Part shown: positions 27,294 to 36,547 of the stretch, piece by piece | Layout of the letters: the number at the start of each line of letters is the position of its first letter | Numbering within the stretch: the stretch's first letter is position 1 | Virus record (IMG/VR): IMGVR_UViG_3300049573_000219 | Span: 64,001 to 128,000 of that record | Length of the DNA stretch: 64,000 nucleotides | Strand: one strand, 5' to 3' | From: a virus | Taxonomy: Duplodnaviria; Caudoviricetes | The notes under the pieces: generated by a model | The model's input: the letters and a program-made list of their open reading frames with translations, nothing else | Database searches by the model: none | Told to the model about the DNA's origin: nothing | Made by a program: the position numbers and the translations under genes

Positions 27294-28072
27294 ACCTTCC
27301 TCCAGCCCGGGATCCACTCGCCCGCGTCGTTGACCTCGTAGTCGCCGAACAGCAGCGGGCACTCCTGGCGCATGATCCGGCCGATCTGGTCGAAGACGAT
27401 CCTGATCTCCTCCTCGGCCCCGGCCGCCGTGCGGGTCTCGATGGTGTGCCGCAGGGTGCGGATGTTCGCGCTCCAGACCATGCCGGTGGCCACACCCTCC
27501 GGTGCGAACCGGCGCATGAAGGAGGTCTTCGCCTTCTTCTCGGCGAACGGAACGCCGGGCTCGTCGAGACCGAAACGTCCGGCCATCCAGTTCTGGAACT
27601 GCTCCATTTCGGCCAGCAGGCCCATCGCGCGGTGCATCAGCTCGTCGTCCTCATGCGCCCACTCGGGGAACCAGAACGGGATGTCGTCCAGACGCACGAA
27701 GCGCAGGGACTCCTGGGAGATGGCCGTGCCGACGCGGTGCCGCACCTGCTCGTGCGTGAAGACCCTCGACACGTGATGCAGGGCGAAGGTGAACTGCGCA
27801 TGCTCCAGGACCGAGCCGTGCCGGGAGGCCAGCAGGTTCTCCATGTACTTCGCCTGGTCGGTCCGGATCCTCGTCACGTTCGGGTTCAGCCCGGGTTCCC
27901 AGCTCCGGTAACAGAACCGCCCCGCGAACTCGACCAGGTTCTGCGGATCGTCGTCCTCGTCGATCCGCTCCAGCCAGCTCTCGCCGCCGACGTCCTTCAG
28001 GTACTGCTCGATCGCCTCGTAGTCCAGGGCCGGTGCGCTCACCAGGAACACCTTGGGCTCCACGTCCTGCAC
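27290..28072 (-). CDS. thyX: flavin-dependent thymidylate synthase
   Basis: AGRFCYRS, HGSVLEH, SRVFTHEQVRHR..SQESLRF, NIRTLRH. Confidence 0.93.
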   Translation of the reverse strand: MQDVEPKVFLVSAPALDYEAIEQYLKDVGGESWLERIDEDDDPQNLVEFAGRFCYRSWEPGLNPNVTRIRTDQAKYMENLLASRHGSVLEHAQFTFALHHVSRVFTHEQVRHRVGTAISQESLRFVRLDDIPFWFPEWAHEDDELMHRAMGLLAEMEQFQNWMAGRFGLDEPGVPFAEKKAKTSFMRRFAPEGVATGMVWSANIRTLRHTIETRTAAGAEEEIRIVFDQIGRIMRQECPLLFGDYEVNDAGEWIPGWRKV

Positions 28073-28162
28073 GTCTTCTCCTCCTGCCGTCCCGCCCGGT
28101 TCTGTCCGGGCGGTGGAACGCGTACACTTCCATCCTCTCATCCGGCAGGAAACCGTACGTTC

Positions 28163-28885
28163 TCAGTGAGAGGTTTTCACGCCCCACACCATGACGTTCG
28201 TCAGTGCCGGAGTCGCCGCGACGGGGTCGCTGCGCCAGTCCTCCAGGTCGGCCTGCTCGATCTGCGGCCACGGGGCGCCCGCACGCAGGGCCGCTTCCAG
28301 CAGGTCATGGAAGGGCCTGACGGAGGGAAGCTCGTGGCGGACCCCCACATGGAGCAGCCCATGGCGCACCAGACGGCCCGGGAGGGCCACGGAGAGGGCG
28401 ACGTCCAGACGGTCGCAGACGGCCTCCGAGACGGCCTGGTAGGGGCCGCGCGGGAGGTTGCGGGCCGGGTAGTCGTCGGGTGCTTCCAGCAGGAGCACGC
28501 CGCCGGGCCGCAGCCAGCGCACTAGGTTGGGCACCACGCTCCCGGCGAAACCGGTCCAGCGGGCGTGCACCAGGCCGAAACGTCCGGGGGGGAAGACCAG
28601 GGGGTCCTCCGGACCGGCCACGCGTACCTCGACGCCCTCCTCGCGCACCCCGTTGAAGGGATCGCCGAAAGGGTCGCGGTCGGCCAGGATGGTCCTTCCG
28701 TACATACTCAGGGTCCGGGCCGCGCCGGGCGCCCCGAAGGTGAGGTAAGGGGACTCGGGGGCGAAGTAGTCCATCAGGTGGTCGATGACGGGCGCGGTCG
28801 CCTCGTCGAGCGCTGCGGAGAGCGCGGCGGAGTCGAAAGTCTTCACATCCTGCGGGTGCCCGGTCTGCGCTGCGTCGCCCATCAC
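28163..28885 (-). CDS. class I SAM-dependent methyltransferase-like protein (degenerate motif I)
   Basis: FGLVHAR...LRPGGVLLLE. Confidence 0.6.
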   Translation of the reverse strand: MMGDAAQTGHPQDVKTFDSAALSAALDEATAPVIDHLMDYFAPESPYLTFGAPGAARTLSMYGRTILADRDPFGDPFNGVREEGVEVRVAGPEDPLVFPPGRFGLVHARWTGFAGSVVPNLVRWLRPGGVLLLEAPDDYPARNLPRGPYQAVSEAVCDRLDVALSVALPGRLVRHGLLHVGVRHELPSVRPFHDLLEAALRAGAPWPQIEQADLEDWRSDPVAATPALTNVMVWGVKTSH

Positions 28886-28923
28886 GGAAAGCCTCTTCTC
28901 TGGAGACGGATCTCGACCGGCCT

Positions 28924-28929
28924 TAGACT
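28924..28929 (+). promoter_or_regulatory. -10 TAGACT, 6 nt before ATG (leaderless)
   Basis: No SD upstream. Confidence 0.5.
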
Positions 28930-28935
28930 GCCGAC

Positions 28936-29835
28936 ATGATCTGCACTTTCATTCCCCCGCACATGTCGAAGAAAGTAGCCGAGACCGACAAGTCTTTCAG
29001 GTCCGGCATCAAGGTCGACACCACGCTGCGGGCGGCGCGCGAGAGCGCCGTCCCTCCGGCCGGTCCGATCCGCGTCTACACCGCCGCCAACAGGACCGCC
29101 ATTCCGGGCTCACTCGTCCAGCACGGAGACGACGAGGCAGCCGAACGCATCCGTGGCTACTCCTACCTGATGCAGCAGCTCTTCGGCACCGACGAGTTCC
29201 CCGACGGAGTCGTGCACTACGGCCGTGGCTACGCCAACGCCTTCTTCAACGGCTCCTACCTGGTCTTCGGCGAAGGCGACGGGGAGATCTTCGGGGACTT
29301 CACGAGCGCCCTGGACATCACCGCCCACGAACTGGGGCACGCCTTCGTGTCGCTGGGCCCGAAGCTGATCTACTCAGGCGAGCACGGGGCGCTCAACGAG
29401 CACCTGGCCGACGTCTTCGGCGTGACCGTCCAGCAGTGGGCCAAGGACGACCCGAAGGACTGGCGGATCGGCGAGGAGATCCTGCTCGACGGAGCCTCTG
29501 CGGTCCGGCACATGCTGAACCCGGGCACCGCCTACGACAACGACGTGCTCGGGCGCGACCCGCAGCCCGGCCACATGGACCAGTACAAGAAGATCCGGGC
29601 CGACAACGGCGGCGTGCACATCAACTCCGGCATTCCGAACCGGGCCTTCGCACTGCTCTGCGAGATCACCGGGGAACCGAGCTGGGGGCGCCCGCTGGCC
29701 ATGTGGCGGCGCTCGATGGAAGACCTCGGTCCGCGATCGACCTTCCGCGAACTGGCGCAGGCGACCTGGCGGCACTCGGGCGGCCTGAACCCCGCCGTCA
29801 AGGAGGCGTGGGCCGGGGTCGGCATCTCGATCTGA
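28936..29835 (+). CDS. M4 family (protealysin-like) zinc metalloprotease
   Basis: N-terminal CTFIPP, NAFFNG, HELGH, GALNEHLAD, DNGGVHINSGIPN. Confidence 0.92.
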   Translation: MICTFIPPHMSKKVAETDKSFRSGIKVDTTLRAARESAVPPAGPIRVYTAANRTAIPGSLVQHGDDEAAERIRGYSYLMQQLFGTDEFPDGVVHYGRGYANAFFNGSYLVFGEGDGEIFGDFTSALDITAHELGHAFVSLGPKLIYSGEHGALNEHLADVFGVTVQQWAKDDPKDWRIGEEILLDGASAVRHMLNPGTAYDNDVLGRDPQPGHMDQYKKIRADNGGVHINSGIPNRAFALLCEITGEPSWGRPLAMWRRSMEDLGPRSTFRELAQATWRHSGGLNPAVKEAWAGVGISI

Positions 29836-29914
29836 CCGGTCCGGTTTCCCGGGGCCGGACCGAACAACTTCCGTTGGCGCGTGGAACGGCGCGGCAACAG
29901 GACGGGGCGTTGCG

Positions 29915-30196
29915 TTGCAGTGGTGGAGCTGGGTGCTGACGGCCGTCGGCGTCTTCGGCCTGTGGCTGGCCGGAAGGAAGAGCCCCTGGGGATGGGCGGT
30001 GGGCCTGGGGGCGCAGATGCTGTGGCTGGCGTACGCCGTCAGCACGGACCAGTACGGCTTCATCGTCTCGGCCGGTGCGTACTTCTGGGTGTACCTCAAG
30101 AACTTCCGCGCGTGGCGGAAGCCGGTTTCTCCTGAATCCGGGGAAGTCCGTGATGGGCTGGATCCATGCCGGAAACCCGAGAGATCATCATCGTGA
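29915..30196 (+). CDS. half-size PnuC-like membrane protein
   Basis: 3 TM; WLAGRK-WGW...KNFRAW pattern. Confidence 0.65.
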   Translation: MQWWSWVLTAVGVFGLWLAGRKSPWGWAVGLGAQMLWLAYAVSTDQYGFIVSAGAYFWVYLKNFRAWRKPVSPESGEVRDGLDPCRKPERSSS

Positions 30197-30312
30197 TGGA
30201 CCTGGAGAAGGAGGCCGTCAGGCTCTGGTTCGAGAAGATCCTCAGCCAGGCCAGGCACCCTCAGTACCGAGGCGGCATCCGGATCATCGGACCCGTCGAA
30301 GCCGAGGAGTAG
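30166..30312 (+). CDS. small hypothetical protein (48 aa)
   Basis: MPETREIIIVMDLEKE... Confidence 0.5.
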   Translation: MPETREIIIVMDLEKEAVRLWFEKILSQARHPQYRGGIRIIGPVEAEE

Positions 30313-30355
30313 CGCCCCGGGCAGGGCGTTCATCAGACGTTCAGGGGATGAGGGT

Positions 30356-30940
30356 ATGAGCCAGCACGACTCGCTCGCGCAGGTGATGGTGGACTATGCC
30401 GCCCAGGGCATGACGCTCGCGCAGATCGCCGCCCGGACCGGGATGGAGATCGAGGCCGTCCATGAGCGGATGAACGCCTTCCTGGAGAACCAGGCGACGA
30501 GCATGTCCATCGTGCAGATGCGCATGCTTCAGCTCGCCCGCCTGGAGAGGATTCTGGGCGCCCTGTGGGAGCAGGTGATGGCCGGAGACCTGCTCACCCA
30601 GGGGCGCAACGCCAAGAACCTGATCGAGACGGTCCGCGAGATCACCGAACTGATGGACCTGAAGAAGGACCGGCTGCGCGATGAGCAGATCCGGCTGACC
30701 CAGGCGCAGACGCAGCTCGTCACCACGGCGATCGAGGCCATCCAGGTGGGCATGCTGGAGAAGGTGGTCGAGCTGCTGCCCGAGGAGTCGCGCGAGGCCG
30801 TCGAGCAGATGTGGGGCGAGGTCTTCCCTGCCATGGCGGCCGACGCCATCGCCAGGAACAAGGCCGCCATCGTGAAGATGGGGGGCTCCTCCACGGATGG
30901 GCCGGTCGAGCTGGAGCCCGTCATGGAGGAGTTCGACTGA
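30356..30940 (+). CDS. probable terminase small subunit
   Basis: N-terminal HTH (GMTLAQIAARTG), helical LQLARLERIL segment, upstream of terL. Confidence 0.6.
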   Translation: MSQHDSLAQVMVDYAAQGMTLAQIAARTGMEIEAVHERMNAFLENQATSMSIVQMRMLQLARLERILGALWEQVMAGDLLTQGRNAKNLIETVREITELMDLKKDRLRDEQIRLTQAQTQLVTTAIEAIQVGMLEKVVELLPEESREAVEQMWGEVFPAMAADAIARNKAAIVKMGGSSTDGPVELEPVMEEFD

Positions 30941-31308
30941 TGCCCCTCGACCCTTACGTGCGGCACTGGACGCAGGATCCGGAGGGCGGCGGCGTCTTCA
31001 CCGGGCAGCGCGACCTGATTCTCAAGCACGACCAGGACTGCCCGTCACTGAAGGACGCGTGGCTGCCGCGCCGGAAGGGGGTGTCGTGCCCCAGCGATCT
31101 GATGGAGTGCGAGCTGTGCGGGATCACGTTCTTCTGGGAGGGGCTGACCGGTCTCTACGACGACTGCCCGGAGTCGTTCTGGTACTTCTGCCGGTGCTGC
31201 GCGAAGAGGACGACCGCATGCCCCTGCTGCGGCGACTGCGTCAAGGAGCCGAACGGCGCGGGAGGCGGCGACGCGGAAGCGGCTCGCCGGACTCCAGGCG
31301 CCTCTTGA
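30940..31308 (+). CDS. Cys-rich protein
   Basis: CELC, CRCC, CPCC; TGATG overlap. Confidence 0.6.
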   Translation: MPLDPYVRHWTQDPEGGGVFTGQRDLILKHDQDCPSLKDAWLPRRKGVSCPSDLMECELCGITFFWEGLTGLYDDCPESFWYFCRCCAKRTTACPCCGDCVKEPNGAGGGDAEAARRTPGAS

Positions 31309-31417
31309 GCGCGAGACCGAAGCCCTGCCACAGTTCCCAGCACTTGCAGAACTGGCCGTGTCCCTGTCGGTAGTGCCGGGATTTCAGGCGCATCTGCTTG
31401 CGGTACCGCTTGTTCAC
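31241..31417 (-). CDS. small basic protein
   Basis: SD AAGGAGGAG, GTG start. Confidence 0.45.
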   Translation of the reverse strand: MNKRYRKQMRLKSRHYRQGHGQFCKCWELWQGFGLALKRRLESGEPLPRRRLPRRSAP

Positions 31418-31475
31418 GACTCTCCTCCTTCGTTGGGGTCTGCTCGATTTGACGGCCCTCGGGTACCATCTTCCC

Positions 31476-32036
31476 GTGACGACCATCGGTGACATCATCT
31501 ATGAAGAACTGCCCGCTTTCATGGAGCGGACCGGGAAGAAAAAGCTCAGGGTCCTGGAGGTCGGCGTTCTGCGGAATCTGGACCAGGAGCACCTGAAGGG
31601 GGACGGCCACTCCACCCTCGCCTTCGCCCGGCTGCTCAAGCAGCACCCCGGAAGCTCCTACGTCGGTATCGACCTCGACCCGTGGGAGGCCCGCCGGGCG
31701 GTCGACGCGGAAGGACTCGGCGGGATCTGCGAGTTCTACGAGGGCGACTCCGTCGGAACCATGACCGAGCTGAAGATCGACGGCGAGAAGTTCGACGTCA
31801 TCTACCTCGACGCCGACAACGACGGCGCCTCCACCTTCCGTGAGTACCTGCTGGCGCTCGATCTCGTCGAGCGGCCCGGCCTCATCATGGGCGACGACAT
31901 GAACACCGACCACCCCGAAGTGCGCAAGGGTCGGGTCCTCATCCCCTTCCTCAAGGAGGACGGCGCCAGTTTCAAGCTGCGCCAGAGGAACACCCCGTGG
32001 GACGTGCGGGACATCCTCGTCCAGGAGGTCTCGTGA
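31476..32036 (+). CDS. class I SAM methyltransferase (Methyltransf_24-like)
   Basis: VLEVG, VGIDLD, EGDS, FDVIYLDAD, PGLIMGDD; TACCAT-N6-GTG start. Confidence 0.8.
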   Translation: MTTIGDIIYEELPAFMERTGKKKLRVLEVGVLRNLDQEHLKGDGHSTLAFARLLKQHPGSSYVGIDLDPWEARRAVDAEGLGGICEFYEGDSVGTMTELKIDGEKFDVIYLDADNDGASTFREYLLALDLVERPGLIMGDDMNTDHPEVRKGRVLIPFLKEDGASFKLRQRNTPWDVRDILVQEVS

Positions 32037-32338
32037 GCAAGGACGTCATCTCGGTCGGCCGCATCGTGCACTACACCTCGCTGGGCTCGGCCCCGCAGGA
32101 CGGCGTCCAGCAGTATCCGTCGCAGTGCCGGGCCGCCATCGTGACCGCCGTGACCAGCGTCAGTCAGGGGATCGTGTCGCTGACGGTCTTCAACCCGGAG
32201 GGCTTGCAGTTCGCCCACGGGGTTCCCTTCGACACCGAGAAGCTGGCCCTGAACGGATCGGCGACACCGGGATCCTGGCACTGGCCGGAAAGGGCGACGG
32301 CCCCACTGGTGAGCGGGGCCGAAGCGAAGGAGCTGTGA
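32033..32338 (+). CDS. conserved actinophage protein
   Basis: SVGRIVHY...CRAAIVT...GSWHWPER. Confidence 0.8.
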   Translation: MSKDVISVGRIVHYTSLGSAPQDGVQQYPSQCRAAIVTAVTSVSQGIVSLTVFNPEGLQFAHGVPFDTEKLALNGSATPGSWHWPERATAPLVSGAEAKEL

Positions 32339-32435
32339 TGTGGGAGATGACGCGCTGGCGGTGCGTCTGCGGGCGGTATCACGCGCCGTGGTGGCGCACC
32401 GTCCAGGCACCGTCATGCACGGCGAAGCGGCCGGA

Positions 32436-32660
32436 TCAGAAGGCCACGTAGAGGATCCGGACCCCGTCACCGGTCCGCTCGAAGTCCAGCTCGACCCCGC
32501 AGGGCAGCTCGACCATGAGCACGTTCATCGACCGGTGGACGGCCGAGGCCGGAACCGAGTCGGCGAACATCACCGGAATCTCGGATTCGATCCGGCCTCG
32601 GATCGCGGGGTCGGAGTCCTCCACGGCCCGCCAGGCTGGCGCCATCCAGGTGACCCGCAC
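32436..32660 (-). CDS. small hypothetical protein
   Basis: ORF track. Confidence 0.6.
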   Translation of the reverse strand: MRVTWMAPAWRAVEDSDPAIRGRIESEIPVMFADSVPASAVHRSMNVLMVELPCGVELDFERTGDGVRILYVAF

Positions 32661-32663
32661 GGG

Positions 32664-33095
32664 TCAGTCGAACATGGACGGGATCTGGGTGTACTTCACC
32701 GGGATCCAGCCCTTGTAGATGGTGCCGTAGCCGGACTGGACGACCGTGGGGCTGTCGTGCTTCGTCTCCTGGCGCACCAGGATGAGGACGCCGTCGCCGT
32801 TCTTGCCCTGCTTCTTTTTGCCCAGGTACTCGAACGAGTTGGCCGGGTAGAAGCCGGAGCCGGTCTTGTTGCCGTCCTCGTCGCGGAAGTCGACGCCGAC
32901 CGCCGGGGTGACGAAGGAGCGGATACCGGTGGGCTTGCCCTGCTCGCCCTTGATCTCGCCGGTCACGTCGCCGCAGCCGTAGGCGGTCTGCACCTGGCCG
33001 GGCTTGCAGGAGTCGGCGGCGGCGGTGCCGCCCAGGGCGATGGTTCCGGCGAGAGCTGCGGCGGCTGCACCGGCCGCAATGGTCTTCTTGTTCAT
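32664..33095 (-). CDS. secreted protein (possibly SH3b-like)
   Basis: Signal peptide MNKKTIAAGAAAAALAG...; C-terminal KGWIPVKY. Confidence 0.7.
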   Translation of the reverse strand: MNKKTIAAGAAAAALAGTIALGGTAAADSCKPGQVQTAYGCGDVTGEIKGEQGKPTGIRSFVTPAVGVDFRDEDGNKTGSGFYPANSFEYLGKKKQGKNGDGVLILVRQETKHDSPTVVQSGYGTIYKGWIPVKYTQIPSMFD

Positions 33096-33149
33096 CCTGC
33101 TCTTCTTCCCTTCCGAAGGGGGTGGGCTTCTTCTTCCATCAGATCACAC

Positions 33150-33159
33150 GACCTAGGCC
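33150..33159. promoter_or_regulatory. GACCTAGGCC palindrome between divergent genes
   Basis: Fifth intergenic copy. Confidence 0.45.
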
Positions 33160-33190
33160 AATTTCAAGTCCAACGGAAACGGAGAAACTG

Positions 33191-33388
33191 ATGGACATCG
33201 CTCTTCCCGGAACCATCTCGATCGCGCGGGCATGCGGTGACGTCCCCTGTGGGCAGTGCGAACCCTGCCGCAGGAAGGTCATGCTGAACCTCGCCTCCTA
33301 CGCCCTGCGGTCCTCGGAAACGCAGGAGGAGGACGACCCGAAGGGTGTCCTCCTCGACCTGCTGGACAAGCTGGGGCTGCCCTCCTAG
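33191..33388 (+). CDS. small Cys-containing protein
   Basis: CGDVPCGQCEPC; SD GGAG. Confidence 0.55.
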   Translation: MDIALPGTISIARACGDVPCGQCEPCRRKVMLNLASYALRSSETQEEDDPKGVLLDLLDKLGLPS

Positions 33389-33756
33389 CAGCGCGTCCCC
33401 TCCTCGGAGAGGTGGTACGTCAGGATCTCCTCGACCTGGAGACGGTCGAGGTCGCTGAACGCCGGGGCCCGCAGGATGATCTTTTCGCAGCTCTCACGGC
33501 TGGTCCATCCGGTGCGCATGAGTGCGGCGAGACCGTTCAGGGCCTCGGTGATGTCGTCGGCGGTGGAGCCCTTGTGGCGCAGCATCCTGGTGATGCGACG
33601 AGCGTACGCCTGAGCGTGCCCGTGGCGGATCCTGCTCTTCGGGCAGACGTCATGCGTGACGGTCCAGCCGGATGCGTGCGACCCCTGGACGTTGCCCTCT
33701 CCGGCCGGTACCCGTCCCTGGCAGATGCCACATGGTTTCGGGAACCTATTCCTCAT
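33385..33756 (-). CDS. hypothetical protein with N-terminal zinc motif
   Basis: NRFPKPCGIC...HDVC. Confidence 0.6.
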   Translation of the reverse strand: MRNRFPKPCGICQGRVPAGEGNVQGSHASGWTVTHDVCPKSRIRHGHAQAYARRITRMLRHKGSTADDITEALNGLAALMRTGWTSRESCEKIILRAPAFSDLDRLQVEEILTYHLSEEGTRC

Positions 33757-34011
33757 GTTTTTGAGGATGGCACACAGTGCCCGAAAAGGAAAGCCGGATT
33801 GAGATCAGGCAGTTCAGGGAACTCGTCACTCCCCGCGCACCCGTCGTTCCACGGCATGGGCCGCAGCATTCCATGCCTGCTTCAGGCGGTCGTTCTGCTC
33901 ACCCCAAGAGGGCATCTTTTCGCCGGAGAAAGTGGTCCAGTCGACGCTGTCCCCGTACGCCTCGTAGGCAACGCGCCCCAGGTCGTCCATGGCAAACCCC
34001 CTCAATGAAGA

Positions 34012-34038
34012 GGGACCCGGCGTTCAAGCCGGGTCCCC
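34012..34038. terminator. stem-loop GGGACCCGG/CCGGGTCCC
   Basis: Perfect inverted repeat in an intergenic region. Confidence 0.4.
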
Positions 34039-34164
34039 GCGAGTCCTCAGCCCCGTGGAAGTGGAGTCCGCGCTGCACTGTGCTGCACGGCTGGGGCATC
34101 ACAAGGTTACCTAAAACGTTCCCCCGTGAGGAATGCTGTACGCGTCGCAGCAGAAAGGAACGGC

Positions 34165-36534
34165 ATGTCCTCACAGGAAGACCGGATCGCCTCCGAGGCT
34201 GAGGCGTATTTCCGGAACCAGGCGCGACAGGCCGGATGGGTGAACGATCCGGTCGGCTGGGCGAAGGACGTTCTCGGCGTCCACCTCTGGAGCAAGCAGC
34301 AGGAGATCTGCCAGTCACTGATCCAGAACAAGCGAACGGTCGTCGCCTCGTGTCACGGCACCGGAAAGGCACTCGGGCTGGACGAGCTTGTGCACACGCC
34401 GTCCGGGCCGGTGCGCATGGGGGACATCTCGCCCGGCATGAAGGTACTGGGGTCCGACGGCTCCACGGTCGAGGTCGTTGCCACCACGGGCGAGCACAAG
34501 GCCGACAGCTATCGCGTGCGCCTGGAGCGCGGGGGAGCCTGCGAAGAGATCATCGCATCCGGCGATCACGTGTGGCCCGTTCTGGATCTCCAGTCCCAGG
34601 CGGATATCCAGCTCCGGTCCGACCGGGCCGGAGTGCCCGTGGAGACGGGCCTGTGGATGCACAAGGCGAAGATGCTCAGCACGAGGCAGATCGCCGCGAT
34701 GCGCAGGGGCTCGGCCGTCGTTCCCGGCCGGATGCCGGAGATCCTTCTCCGTGGATCCGCATGGGAGCCAGACGAGGAAGTACTTCAGCAGATCAGGGAG
34801 CGCGGCTGCCTCGATCCCTCCGGCCGCACGTCACTCCTGTGGAGGACCCGCAACGGCGAGCCGGAAGGTCTCGCCGAGATCCGCGCCAAACTGACCGGTG
34901 CCGGGGTGCACACGATCCTGCATCGCAGGAAGGACCACGGGATCACTTCGCACCACCTGGCCCTGATGGGTTCTCACGCGCCCACTCTGCTGCCCGACGC
35001 GAATCAGCGCGCTCTCGCACTCTCGCACCTGCTGCTGACGCAGGGCTCCTGGGGTGACGACGGCTGGCGCATCACTGCCGTGACGCCCGTCGGGGAGCGC
35101 GACGTCCAGTGCATCCAGGTCGACTCGCCCGACCATCTCTACCTGTGCGGAGAGCGGGGCATCCCCACCCACAACTCGATGATCGCCTCGGTGCTCGCCT
35201 GCTGGTGGGTGTCGACGAAGCCGCCCGGCCAGGCGATCGTCGTATCGACGGCGCCGACCTACGCCCAGGTGAACAAGATCCTCTGGGAGGAGATCCGCAA
35301 GCACCACTCGAACGCCTCACGCGGGCAGTACCCGATGCCGGGGCGCGTGACTCAGGCCGACGAATGGAAGCTGGGGGACGGTCAGATCGTCGGCTTCGGC
35401 CGGAAGCCCGCAAAGGGTGACCGCCACTCCTTCCACGGCATCCACCGCCGGTACGTGCTGGCCCTCCTGGACGAGGCGTGCGGTGTGCCGGAGGAGATCT
35501 GGACCGGCGTCGAGGCCATCACCACGAACATCGGCTGCCGGATCCTGGCCATCGGGAACCCCGACGACCGCAACACCGACTTCGGGAAGAACTTCACCGA
35601 ACCGAAGACCTCTCACCTCTGGCACAGGATCTCCATCCCGGCGTCTTCCACGCCGAACTTCACCGGGGAGCCCGTGCCCCGTCTGCTGAACGAAGTCCTG
35701 GTCTCCCGGGACTGGGTCGCGGAGCGGAAGGACGACTGGGGCGAGAAGGACCCCCGCTACATCTCGAAGGTGCTGGCCGAGTTCCCCGAGCAGAGCATGT
35801 CGTCGCTGTTCTCTCCTTCACTGGTGGCCGACGCCGTGGACGAGCCGCCGACCCCTTCCCTGTATTCGGTCCTGCGGCTGGGTGTCGACGTCGCGCGCTT
35901 CGGTTCAGACAAAACGGTGGTCGCCTCGTACTCCGGGGTGACCGCGCAGATCGAGGAGAGCTGGTCGGGCACCGACACTGTGTCCTCGGCACACAAGGTG
36001 CTCCAGATCGCGGAGCGCCTGAAGGACGAGCGCAAGGCACCCTGGGTGGAGATCCGCGTGGACGCCGTCGGTCTGGGTGCCGGTGTCGTCGACACCCTCA
36101 ACGCCCGCGCGATGCTTCTGCCGGAGCCCTGGTTCACGGTCTACGAGATGCACGGTTCAGCCACTCCTCCGGCCGACGTCGGCGGTTCGGTCTACGGCTT
36201 CTACAACGCCCGCGCGTACTGGTTCGAGCAGCTTCGCCAGAAGATGCGCAACGGCTCGGTGAAGCTGGTGGACGAGGACGAGCTGATCTCCGACGACCTG
36301 AAGATGGTCTTCTACTCGATCAAGAACGGCCGCCTGCTCATCGCCTCCAAGGAGGACATGCGCAAGGAGTACGGCAAGTCACCCGACTTCGCCGACGCCA
36401 TCGCCTACGCGGTCGCCCCGGTGGCCGAAGGTCTCAGGCAGGGAGACGTGCTCAGCGAGAGCGCCGAGACCCTGGCCGGTTCCCTCGTCGAGGACGACGA
36501 GTACCTGATGGAAGAGATGATCTCGCCCTACTGA
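34165..36534 (+). CDS. terL: terminase large subunit (intein-containing)
   Basis: Walker A CHGTGK|S, Walker B LLDEA, IGNP, nuclease LGVDVARFGSD, SPDFADA. Confidence 0.95.
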   Translation: MSSQEDRIASEAEAYFRNQARQAGWVNDPVGWAKDVLGVHLWSKQQEICQSLIQNKRTVVASCHGTGKALGLDELVHTPSGPVRMGDISPGMKVLGSDGSTVEVVATTGEHKADSYRVRLERGGACEEIIASGDHVWPVLDLQSQADIQLRSDRAGVPVETGLWMHKAKMLSTRQIAAMRRGSAVVPGRMPEILLRGSAWEPDEEVLQQIRERGCLDPSGRTSLLWRTRNGEPEGLAEIRAKLTGAGVHTILHRRKDHGITSHHLALMGSHAPTLLPDANQRALALSHLLLTQGSWGDDGWRITAVTPVGERDVQCIQVDSPDHLYLCGERGIPTHNSMIASVLACWWVSTKPPGQAIVVSTAPTYAQVNKILWEEIRKHHSNASRGQYPMPGRVTQADEWKLGDGQIVGFGRKPAKGDRHSFHGIHRRYVLALLDEACGVPEEIWTGVEAITTNIGCRILAIGNPDDRNTDFGKNFTEPKTSHLWHRISIPASSTPNFTGEPVPRLLNEVLVSRDWVAERKDDWGEKDPRYISKVLAEFPEQSMSSLFSPSLVADAVDEPPTPSLYSVLRLGVDVARFGSDKTVVASYSGVTAQIEESWSGTDTVSSAHKVLQIAERLKDERKAPWVEIRVDAVGLGAGVVDTLNARAMLLPEPWFTVYEMHGSATPPADVGGSVYGFYNARAYWFEQLRQKMRNGSVKLVDEDELISDDLKMVFYSIKNGRLLIASKEDMRKEYGKSPDFADAIAYAVAPVAEGLRQGDVLSESAETLAGSLVEDDEYLMEEMISPY
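34369..35175 (+). mobile_element. class 3 intein (269 aa) inserted in TerL Walker A
   Basis: Starts ALGLDELV, block B DHVW, block F VQCIQV, ends IPTHN|S. Confidence 0.9.
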
Positions 36535-36547
36535 CGGAATCCTCAAC

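Noticed and set aside
33777-34202. 141-aa basic ORF before terL
   Set aside because: Atypical composition, spans a hairpin and overlaps the terL start; more likely regulatory sequence
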